64,000 nt of DNA from Dehalococcoidia bacterium (lineage in GTDB: Bacteria; Chloroflexota; Dehalococcoidia; GIF9; AB-539-J10), in contig JAUWYX010000004.1 in NCBI GenBank assembly GCA_030615625.1, positions 76,708-140,707 on the forward strand. Reading direction: 5' to 3'. The notes beneath the pieces are model-generated. The model saw only the letters and a program-made list of their open reading frames with translations, had not been told where the DNA came from and searched no databases. This document shows, piece by piece, positions 21,434 through 29,089 of this stretch. Both the position numbers and the translations under genes were made by a program. The first letter of the stretch is position 1; each line of letters begins with the position of its first letter.

Positions 21434-22807
21434 ATGAAGCTAAGACCTTATCAACTGGAAGTGGCCCGGGCGGCTATGGACTCTATCCAGAAAGGAATGG
21501 GACTGAGCCTTTCTGTGGAGATTGCCAGGCAAGGAGGCAAAAACGAGCTTTCAGCGCATCTGGAAGTTCTGCTGTTAACGCTATATATGGCCAGGGGAGG
21601 CAATCTTATAAAATGCTCCCCGACCTTCAAGCCTCAAACCATTATATCTATAGAAAGGTTGAAACAGAGGCTGGATGATTTTGGGTTTGATGGCATTTAT
21701 CGTCTCCAGATGGGCTATATTGTTCAACTCGGCAACGCTAAAGCTATCTTTCTGTCGGCTGAGGGCTCGTCTTCAGTGGTGGGACACAGCGCTGACATAC
21801 TTCTGGAGATTGATGAATCGCAAGATGTTAGCAAGGAAAAGTACACCAGGGAATTCCGCCCCATGGGTTCAGCTACCAACGTGACCGCGATTCTTTATGG
21901 CACTACCTGGGACGATAGCACCTTGCTGGAAGAGGTAAAGCAGGCTAATCTGGAACTGGAAAGAAAGGACGGCATTAAGCGCCACTTTAGATATGATTGG
22001 CAGGAGGTAGGCCACTACAATCCTGACTATATCAAGTTCGTCCAGACAGAGCGGCAAAGATTGGGCGAAGAGCACCCCCTGTTCAGGACTCAATATGCTT
22101 TATTACCTATCACCCACGGCGGAGGCTTCCTATCACGGCAGCAGATAGCTCTGGTGCTGGGAGAACACCAGAGGCAATCGCAGCCTGAGGGGAAGAGGAC
22201 TTATATTGCTGGCGTAGATTTGGCCGGGGAACATGAGCAGGAAGTGACAGGAGGGGACGCTCCTTTCAGTGGTAGGGGAAGAGGGCGTGATTCCACAGTA
22301 ATCACCATTGCCGAGGTGGATGCCACTAACCCATCGCAGCCAGTGTTAAAAGTTGTGGAACAATACCAGTGGACAGGAATGCCCCATAGCCAGCTTTATA
22401 CCCAGATGACGGATATCCTTAAGAATGTCTGGAACTGCCACAGGATAGTGGTGGACTCCACCGGCATTGGTCAGCCTGTAGCTAGCTTTCTCAGAAAGGA
22501 ACTGGGAAACAGGGTCATCCCATTCGTCATTACCTCAAAAAGCAAATCCGGCATGGGCTTTGAGCTATTGTCCTTTGTCAATTCCGGGAGGCTTAAACTC
22601 TACAAGCAGGATGGCTCCAGGGAGTATAAAGAGACCTTGTTTGAGCTGGAAAGAGCCAGGGCGCAATATCGCCCGAACCAAACGATGAACTTTTATGTTG
22701 ACCCTCAAGAGGGACATGATGATTTTCTCGTGAGCCTGGCTCTGGTGGTCCAGGCCGCTAAGGGTCTTAGCCCCAGGGAAGCAAAGGGTTGGCTCAGGGA
22801 AAGCTAG
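21434..22807 (+). CDS. phage terminase large subunit-like protein
   Basis: Walker A-like ARQGGKNE and Walker B ILLEIDE, followed by an RNaseH-like nuclease triad (IAGVDLAGE, VVDSTG, GHDDFLVSLALV). The ORF extends to 21362; the start is taken at MKLRPYQ. Confidence 0.6.
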   Translation: MKLRPYQLEVARAAMDSIQKGMGLSLSVEIARQGGKNELSAHLEVLLLTLYMARGGNLIKCSPTFKPQTIISIERLKQRLDDFGFDGIYRLQMGYIVQLGNAKAIFLSAEGSSSVVGHSADILLEIDESQDVSKEKYTREFRPMGSATNVTAILYGTTWDDSTLLEEVKQANLELERKDGIKRHFRYDWQEVGHYNPDYIKFVQTERQRLGEEHPLFRTQYALLPITHGGGFLSRQQIALVLGEHQRQSQPEGKRTYIAGVDLAGEHEQEVTGGDAPFSGRGRGRDSTVITIAEVDATNPSQPVLKVVEQYQWTGMPHSQLYTQMTDILKNVWNCHRIVVDSTGIGQPVASFLRKELGNRVIPFVITSKSKSGMGFELLSFVNSGRLKLYKQDGSREYKETLFELERARAQYRPNQTMNFYVDPQEGHDDFLVSLALVVQAAKGLSPREAKGWLRES

Positions 22808-22816
22808 GCAGGCCCC

Positions 22817-22975
22817 GAAATGCAAAAAGTAAAAATAAAAGTGCAAAATGACAGAGCAACGGTAAATAAAAAATTAAAATGCCCCGATTTAATCTAACAA
22901 AGATGCAAGTAAAAGTATAAGTATTTTTAGATTTTGCATTTTAATTTGTCATTTTGATTTTTGCCATTTAATTTT
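22817..22975. repeat. family-C AT-rich palindromic element (between convergent terminase-like and tubulin-like genes)
   Basis: Arms gaaatgcaaaaagtaaaaataaaagtgcaaaatgacagagcaa ... ttttgcattttaatttgtcattttgatttttgcc. Confidence 0.75.
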
Positions 22976-23008
22976 TAAGTTTCTGTATTGTTTGGGCTTG
23001 TCCCGACT

Positions 23009-24187
23009 TCATTCCAATGTAGGCAAGTCTTTGCTTAGCTCAGCCAGGGATGCAATCCTCTTCTTAGTTTGCTCTAGCTGTCCCTTATGTTCTTTGGCAT
23101 ACTGCGTAGCTTGCTCGTAAAAGTCTTTTATCCTGGGCACAAAGGATAACTGGGATAATATCAAGGTAACGTCGATAAAGTGCCTTTCTCCGGGAAAATC
23201 GCCACCTCGAATCAGGGCGTTGGATGCCAGCTCTTTGATATAATCGCTGATGCTCTTGACCATGTCCATATTCAGATCTCTTTCCGGGCCAGATATGATA
23301 TATATAGCTTTGCCGGCATCCTTAGGGTCACAAGTGAGGGAAAGGTCAGAGATGGTGGCGTCCAAGGCTTGTGTCCCTCTGAAGCTTTCCAGAGCTTTGT
23401 CGCGGAAAGTCTTCTTCCTTATCTCCCAGGGGAAGCGGAATGAGGGAAGCTCAGTTCTCCCCAGGCCAATGGTGGTCCACCCCTCCAGGCTGGCAATTAT
23501 GTCCCCGGCGTCTATCGTCCGCGAACCCACATATTTGGCCTTGGTTACCTCACCGGCACACATTAAATCATAGAAGGGCTCGGCAATCATCCTGTTTATT
23601 CTATCTATGTTACTAACGAGACTGGCATCCTTTCTTACATACCTCTGGTTATCAGCGAGAAAAATGGCATCCACTACATCATAAGTGGATTTCAGACAAG
23701 TAGCGGTGTTATATGTACTCCTGGACTCTGTGGTCTGTTCGTGCTCAAAAGGCAAAATTACCAGGGCATAAACCGGCTTGCTGATGTATCTATCCTTAAC
23801 TGCCCGGGCTATTATGGGCAGCGCTCCCGACCCAGTGCCGCCGGCAGCGCCAGCGATAAGAAAAAAGGCATGTGTCTCGTAAAACTGGGGGGTAGCTTTC
23901 ACGGCATCCAGTACCTTATCACTGTCCTCCTTGGCCAATTGAGCTCCTAGCTCGTTTATCTTGCCTACCCCGTGTCCCAGGGTCTGGCGCAAGCCCAGGA
24001 GCACCCGGTGCGTGTAGTCGTCCTTGATAAACCTTAGGCCGGTCAAATCTGCCTGGTCTGTATTCACGGCAATGACTGTGGGGGCTATGGTGGCCTTGCG
24101 TTGACCACGCGCCTTGAAATTTAGCCTGGCAAAGTGGTCAGCAATCCGGCAGCCACACTGCCCCAGTCCAATAACTGTTAACTTCAT
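23009..24187 (-). CDS. tubulin/FtsZ-family GTPase (tubulin-like signature)
   Basis: N-terminal VIGLGQCGCRIAD and a T4-loop AGAAGGTGSG; 392 aa. Confidence 0.55.
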   Translation of the reverse strand: MKLTVIGLGQCGCRIADHFARLNFKARGQRKATIAPTVIAVNTDQADLTGLRFIKDDYTHRVLLGLRQTLGHGVGKINELGAQLAKEDSDKVLDAVKATPQFYETHAFFLIAGAAGGTGSGALPIIARAVKDRYISKPVYALVILPFEHEQTTESRSTYNTATCLKSTYDVVDAIFLADNQRYVRKDASLVSNIDRINRMIAEPFYDLMCAGEVTKAKYVGSRTIDAGDIIASLEGWTTIGLGRTELPSFRFPWEIRKKTFRDKALESFRGTQALDATISDLSLTCDPKDAGKAIYIISGPERDLNMDMVKSISDYIKELASNALIRGGDFPGERHFIDVTLILSQLSFVPRIKDFYEQATQYAKEHKGQLEQTKKRIASLAELSKDLPTLE

Positions 24188-24316
24188 TTTTCCCTCCTTC
24201 TTTCTTTACCGTTGTTTCCTCTTTTCTTATTTGTCACTGCGAGGCTGTTTAATTTCGTCTAGCTTTGGAACCAGATTTGTTTTGGCTTTCCGGGAAATTC
24301 TTCACCTCCAGATTTT

Positions 24317-24367
24317 GTAGTGCGACCCTTCAGGGTCGTGCAGCACGAGGCCAAAGCTTCGCACTAC
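24317..24367. repeat. REP palindromic element (family A)
   Basis: gtagtgcgacccttcagggtcgtgc...cacgaggc.aaagc.tcgcactac, with terminal inverted repeat gtagtgcga/tcgcactac. Confidence 0.8.
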
Positions 24368-24408
24368 GTTTTTAAACATTCATTCGCTACCTTTATTCCC
24401 CTTCCTCC

Positions 24409-26004
24409 TTAGTAATAATATATTCTTCTCCTTATTACGAAAAAGTAAACCGCGGCACCGATGCCCGCCGCTATTGCGACTATGATAACAATGAATGCCC
24501 ACAGGGGCAAGCGTCCAGCCCGGAAGGAGTAGACCGCGGACCAGTCGCTTTCATTCTCTGCGCCATCTACGGCTTGCACAATCCAGTAGTAGGTGCCATA
24601 AGGCAACGCTTCTGCCTTCTCCAGCGTGTAGTTCGTTCCGACTATGTTTGGAATTGAAACTATTGGGTCAGCGAATTCTCCAGTGGCGGTGACATTGGCA
24701 CTGGCTGCTATTTGCAGGCTATAGCGAACTCCGCTGTCATCGGATACCGCCGTCCATTCAAACGTCGGCCTCACCTTGCCTGTGAACCCCATCCTGTCCC
24801 CATCGGGTGGGGAAATGAGTTCTGGTGTGCCCGGAGGGTCTGATTCCATGGTGAAGATAGCGATGGCCTCGTTCTCGGCGGCATCCTCGGCTGTTACTTG
24901 GGGCGCGCCATGTTGACTCTCAGGCACGAGAAAACTTACCTCAAAGCTGCCTTTGTCGTTGGTCCTGGCTGTCGCTACCTGGCTGCCATCGTACATTATG
25001 TCCACATCTTTGTTGGTGGGAAATCCGCCGCCCGTGACGGTCAAGTTCATGCCCACGTGTCCTTCGTCGGGGGACAGCACTATGCCAGGCTCTATCTCGA
25101 AGCTGAGCTCGTTGATGTCTTCTTTGTCGGTCCGTTCTCCCTCGGCGGTGACGCTATACTCGCCTTTGGGCATCTCAGGCACCTCGAAGTTTTCCTCCCA
25201 GTAACCCGTGTCGTCGGCCCTGATGATTTCCGTGTCTGTTTCCACTGCCTCTCCAGCAAATAATATTGTAATGTCCCTCTCGTTAGCAGCAAATCCGCTG
25301 CCCGTCATCGTTATGCTCTCACCCGGGCTGCCCAATGGCTCATCTACGACGCTACCCGATGGTCCATCCAGAATGTTTATCCCCGGCGTCACTTCGAAGG
25401 TGGCATCCTCGACCTTAGCGAAGCTGCTATCATCACCCTGGGCGTCTATCTTATGGTTTCCCTTGGTGGAAGGGGGAATCTGGAAACTCACCTCCCAACT
25501 GCCATCCTCGTCCGCTTCGATATTCTCTGCTACCGTCTCATCGTCGCCATTGAGATAATACCTCAGCTCGATATCTTCCTCATCCTCGGCAAACCCCCGG
25601 CCTTCCACGGTAACCGTGGTGCCCACAGGGCCCTCTTCAGGGTCTACTATTAAACCCGGCTTCACGGTAAAGTAAGCAGAAGCAGTGATGTAATGCACGT
25701 CCCTGGCGCGCACCTCGTGGTCTCCGCTGCAACTTTCGGGAACTTCGAAAGTGACCTTGAAATATCCGTCTTCATCGGTCTCGACATCTTCTATCCATTC
25801 TCCAGTACCGTTCGGATAATAGTAAATATCAACCCACTCATCAGCTGTAAAATTATAGCCACGGACGGTAACTTCCTCCCCGGGAACTCCCCAGGTGGGG
25901 GAGAGCGTGATATATGTGCCATTGGCTTGCGCGGGCGCAGCCGGAAGGGCAATGGCTATAAGGCAGACGGCGAAAACAACCAACAATCGAGGTAGCAAGT
26001 GCAT
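24409..26004 (-). CDS. surface protein with repeated Ig-like/FN3-like domains and C-terminal TM anchor
   Basis: Signal peptide, internally repeated roughly 90-aa acidic modules, C-terminal YYWIVQAVDGAENESDWS then a TM helix and a basic tail. Paralogue of the 26068-27624 gene. Confidence 0.6.
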   Translation of the reverse strand: MHLLPRLLVVFAVCLIAIALPAAPAQANGTYITLSPTWGVPGEEVTVRGYNFTADEWVDIYYYPNGTGEWIEDVETDEDGYFKVTFEVPESCSGDHEVRARDVHYITASAYFTVKPGLIVDPEEGPVGTTVTVEGRGFAEDEEDIELRYYLNGDDETVAENIEADEDGSWEVSFQIPPSTKGNHKIDAQGDDSSFAKVEDATFEVTPGINILDGPSGSVVDEPLGSPGESITMTGSGFAANERDITILFAGEAVETDTEIIRADDTGYWEENFEVPEMPKGEYSVTAEGERTDKEDINELSFEIEPGIVLSPDEGHVGMNLTVTGGGFPTNKDVDIMYDGSQVATARTNDKGSFEVSFLVPESQHGAPQVTAEDAAENEAIAIFTMESDPPGTPELISPPDGDRMGFTGKVRPTFEWTAVSDDSGVRYSLQIAASANVTATGEFADPIVSIPNIVGTNYTLEKAEALPYGTYYWIVQAVDGAENESDWSAVYSFRAGRLPLWAFIVIIVAIAAGIGAAVYFFVIRRRIYYY

Positions 26005-26067
26005 TTGACCAACCTCCTTTTTGCTATTATAAACGAAAATGCCACTAAAAAGTAAGTACCTTATTGG

Positions 26068-27624
26068 CTACCACCAGCGGTCATAATAGATGGTTCGCCT
26101 CATCACCAGAGCGCGAATCAGGGCGACCAGCAGAACTACTGCCGCGGCTATGATAGCAATGAATCCCCATAGGGGCAGGAGTCCGACGCGGAAGGAGCGG
26201 GCCGCGGTCCAGCCGCCTTCGTTCTCTGCGCCATCCACGGCCTGCACAATCCAGTAGTAGCTGCCATAAGGCAGTGCTTCTGTCAGTGTATAGCTTGTTT
26301 CAACTAGGTTTGTAACCGAAACTATGGGGTCAACGAACTCTCCAGTGGCGGTGACATTGTCACTGGTCGCTACCTGCAGGCTATAGCGAACTCCACTGTC
26401 GTCGGATACGGCTGACCACTCGAACGTCGGCGCCACCTCGCCCATGAATCCCAGCCGGCTCCTGTTGGATGGCGAGATGAGTGAGGGTGTGGGGGGAGGA
26501 TCTGATTCCATTATGAAGTTAGCGCTGGCCGCATTGCCGTCAGAATACCCGGCTGTTACCAGTCGCTCGCCATATTGGCTCTCAGGGACGGGAAAATTTA
26601 CACTGAAGCTGCCTTTGTCGTTGGTTTCGGCTGTTGCTACCTGGCTGTCATCATACATTATGACCACATCTTCGTTGGCGGCAAATCCGCGACCGGTGAC
26701 GGTCAGGTCTATGCCCACATGTCCTTCGTCGGGGGACAACACGATGTCAGTCTCTATCTCGAAGCTGAGCTCGATTATGTCTTCTTTCTTGGTCTGCTCT
26801 CCCTCGGCAGTGACGCTATACTCGCCTGTGGGCATCTCGGCCACCTCGAAGCTTGCCTCCCATTCGCCTTTGGAGTCGGCCTTGATGTCTGTGACCACTG
26901 CCTGGCCATCAAACAATATCTTGATGCCCCTCTCGTTAGCGGCAAATCTGCTGCCCGTCATCGTTATGGTGTCGCTCACGATGCCCGATGATTTATCTAT
27001 GCTTATCTCCGCCGTTACTCTGAAAATGGCATCAATGACCTCGTAAAGCCGGCTCACATCACCCGCGGCGTCTATCTTATGCTCTCCCTGGGTGGATGGG
27101 GGGATTTGGAAGCTCGTCTCCCAGCTGCCTTTGGCATTCGCCACGATATTCCTTTCTATCGTTTTGTAGCTGCCATTGAGGTAATACAACAGCGCGATGC
27201 CTGCTTCATTCTTGGCAAACCCCCGTCCTTCCACGGTAACCGTAGTGCCCGCAGAACCTTTTTCGGGACTTACCGTCAACCCCGGCCTGATGATAAAGTA
27301 AGCATCTGCTGTGGCATACCCTACGTCGGAGAGCACCCTGTAGGGCCCCTTGCAGCCTTCAGGAACGGTGAAGGTGATTGTGAAATCTCCACTCCTATCG
27401 GTCCTGTCCGTGGCTATCAGGGTTCCGTCATAATAAATGTCAACTAATGTGTCCTCATGAAAATCATGGCCATAGACGGTGACCTCTGTTCCCGGGACTC
27501 CCGACTCGGGGGAGAGCTCGATACCGTAGGGTAAACATATGGCTGCTTGTGCGGGCACAGCCGGCAGGGCAATGGCTATAAGGCAGAAGACAAGAACAAC
27601 AAGCACTCGAGATAGTAAGCACAT
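26068..27624 (-). CDS. surface protein paralogue with C-terminal TM anchor
   Basis: Same architecture as the 24409-26004 gene. Long stretches align (LSPDEGHVG..LTVTG.GFA, YSLQ.A.S.NVTATGEF.DPIVS). Confidence 0.6.
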   Translation of the reverse strand: MCLLSRVLVVLVFCLIAIALPAVPAQAAICLPYGIELSPESGVPGTEVTVYGHDFHEDTLVDIYYDGTLIATDRTDRSGDFTITFTVPEGCKGPYRVLSDVGYATADAYFIIRPGLTVSPEKGSAGTTVTVEGRGFAKNEAGIALLYYLNGSYKTIERNIVANAKGSWETSFQIPPSTQGEHKIDAAGDVSRLYEVIDAIFRVTAEISIDKSSGIVSDTITMTGSRFAANERGIKILFDGQAVVTDIKADSKGEWEASFEVAEMPTGEYSVTAEGEQTKKEDIIELSFEIETDIVLSPDEGHVGIDLTVTGRGFAANEDVVIMYDDSQVATAETNDKGSFSVNFPVPESQYGERLVTAGYSDGNAASANFIMESDPPPTPSLISPSNRSRLGFMGEVAPTFEWSAVSDDSGVRYSLQVATSDNVTATGEFVDPIVSVTNLVETSYTLTEALPYGSYYWIVQAVDGAENEGGWTAARSFRVGLLPLWGFIAIIAAAVVLLVALIRALVMRRTIYYDRWW

Positions 27625-27659
27625 TTGACTAATCTCTCGCTATTATAACCGAAAATGCC

Positions 27660-27850
27660 ACTAAAAAGTAAATGCCGTATTGACTAAATTCCAAAATCCA
27701 AACTCTAAACAAGTCCAAATATCAAAATTCAAATCTCTAAACAATGACAAAGATCAAGCGTCAAATCAAGCCCAAAATCCAAATGACAAAACGAAGTAGT
27801 TTTGACATTTAATCATTTGGATTTCAGTTGTCATTGGGATTTTGAAATTT
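27660..27850. repeat. family-C variant (ccaaat-type) palindromic element
   Basis: Arms ccaaaatccaaatgacaaaacg ... cagttgtcattgggattttg. Confidence 0.5.
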
Positions 27851-27893
27851 GGGTTTGTTCAGGATCGGGGCTTGCCCCCGACCATTCACCACC

Positions 27894-27930
27894 GAGATTG
27901 CTTCGCCCCGACTTGTCGGGGCTCGCAAAT
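27894..27930 (-). repeat. family-B palindromic element (reverse orientation)
   Basis: gagattgcttcg-ccccgacttgtcgggg-ctcgcaaatg. Consensus: gtcattgcgagc-[GC hairpin]-g(t/a)(a/g)gcaatctc. Confidence 0.7.
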
Positions 27931-28082
27931 GTAGTGCGACCCTTCAGGGTCGTGCCGCCCTTTGCACGAGGCTAAAGCCTCGCACTACAGTTTTATGCCT
28001 TTGCACTGGATTTTGTAGTGCGACCCTTCAGGGTCGTGCCGGCCCTTGCACGAGGCTAAAGCCTCGCACTACAGGCTGTAAA
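27931..28082. repeat. two REP elements (family A) abutting the RAYT 3' end
   Basis: Copies at 27931-27988 and 28015-28082. Confidence 0.8.
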
Positions 28083-28551
28083 TGGTTTCTAATTCAAATG
28101 AGCCTGAATAGGGATAGCTGCTACAATCCTCTACCATCCCCTTCCTGACAGGGTTTTGGATTATATATCGGGCTACAGCCCTGGTGGCTTCATCGTTTCT
28201 CAACACATGTTCGTAATAATTTGCCCCCCATAACTGCACACCATAAATGCCTTTGAACCAATAAGCAGTTTTCTGTTTGAACAAGGTGACAAAGTCCTTC
28301 ATATCTGCATTGCTATTCTTTCCTTCTATTAGCAGATGCACGTGATCGGGCATAAAGCAGTATGCCCAGACTAAGAAACTTTCCTGCTCACACGTACTCT
28401 TTAGAATCTCGATTACTTTGGCGACGACTTCATCATTCACGAAATGATGTTTAAAACCTTGTGAGCGTATAGTGATGAAATATCGATAATAACCGCGATA
28501 AGAAAAGCTCTTAAGTCTCCTTGGTTTTTCGTGTTCTCTGCTTGGCATCAC
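28069..28551 (-). mobile_element. REP-associated tyrosine transposase (RAYT, IS200/IS605 TnpA-like)
   Basis: 160 aa with an HuH motif (HVHLLIE) and a catalytic-Tyr region (YIIQNPV). Flanked on both sides by REP palindromes. Confidence 0.75.
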
Positions 28552-28585
28552 TGATATTGATCGATAAATTGTAACATAACCGTGT

Positions 28586-28985
28586 TGTAGTGCGACCCTT
28601 CAGGGTCGTGCCGCCCTTTGCACGAGGCTAAAGCCTTGCACTACATTGTTTGTGCCGTTTATGTGGGTATCGTAGTGCGACCTTTTAAGGTCGTGCCATC
28701 CCTTGCACGAGGCTAAAGCCTCGCACTACATGTTTGTGCCATTTATGTGGGTATCGTAGTGCGATCCTTCAGGGTCGTGCCGCCCTTTGCACGAGGCTAA
28801 AGCCTCGCACTACATTGTTTGTGCCGTTTATGTGGGTATCGTAGTGCGACCTTTTAAGGTCGTGCCATCCTCATGCACGAGGCTAAAGCCTCGCACTACA
28901 TTGTTTGTGCCGTTTATGTGGGTATCGTAGTGCGACCTTTTAAGGTCGTGCCATCCTCATGCACGAGGCTAAAGCCTCGCACTAC
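28586..28985. repeat. tandem array of five REP elements (family A) with identical 27-bp spacers
   Basis: Units at 28586, 28681, 28756, 28841 and 28927. The spacer attgtttgtgccgtttatgtgggtatc recurs between units. Confidence 0.85.
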
Positions 28986-29089
28986 ATTAGAATGACAATA
29001 GTCAAAGAAAGGGGGAGGGGCGGCTTGTGGCCGCCCCTCCTAGGAATCACCTTTACCTCTCCCTTAAGAGAGGGTCAGGTGGGGTGTGC

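Noticed and set aside
24495-27447. Multiple plus-strand ORFs of 65-200 aa antisense to the two paralogous surface-protein genes
   Set aside because: All lie entirely within the longer minus-strand genes that have signal peptides and a coherent domain architecture. They are GC-skew and repeat artefacts.
28586-28985. Possible CRISPR array
   Set aside because: The spacers are identical to each other, the repeats are the REP palindrome found dispersed elsewhere, and no cas genes are visible. It is a tandem REP/BIME array.
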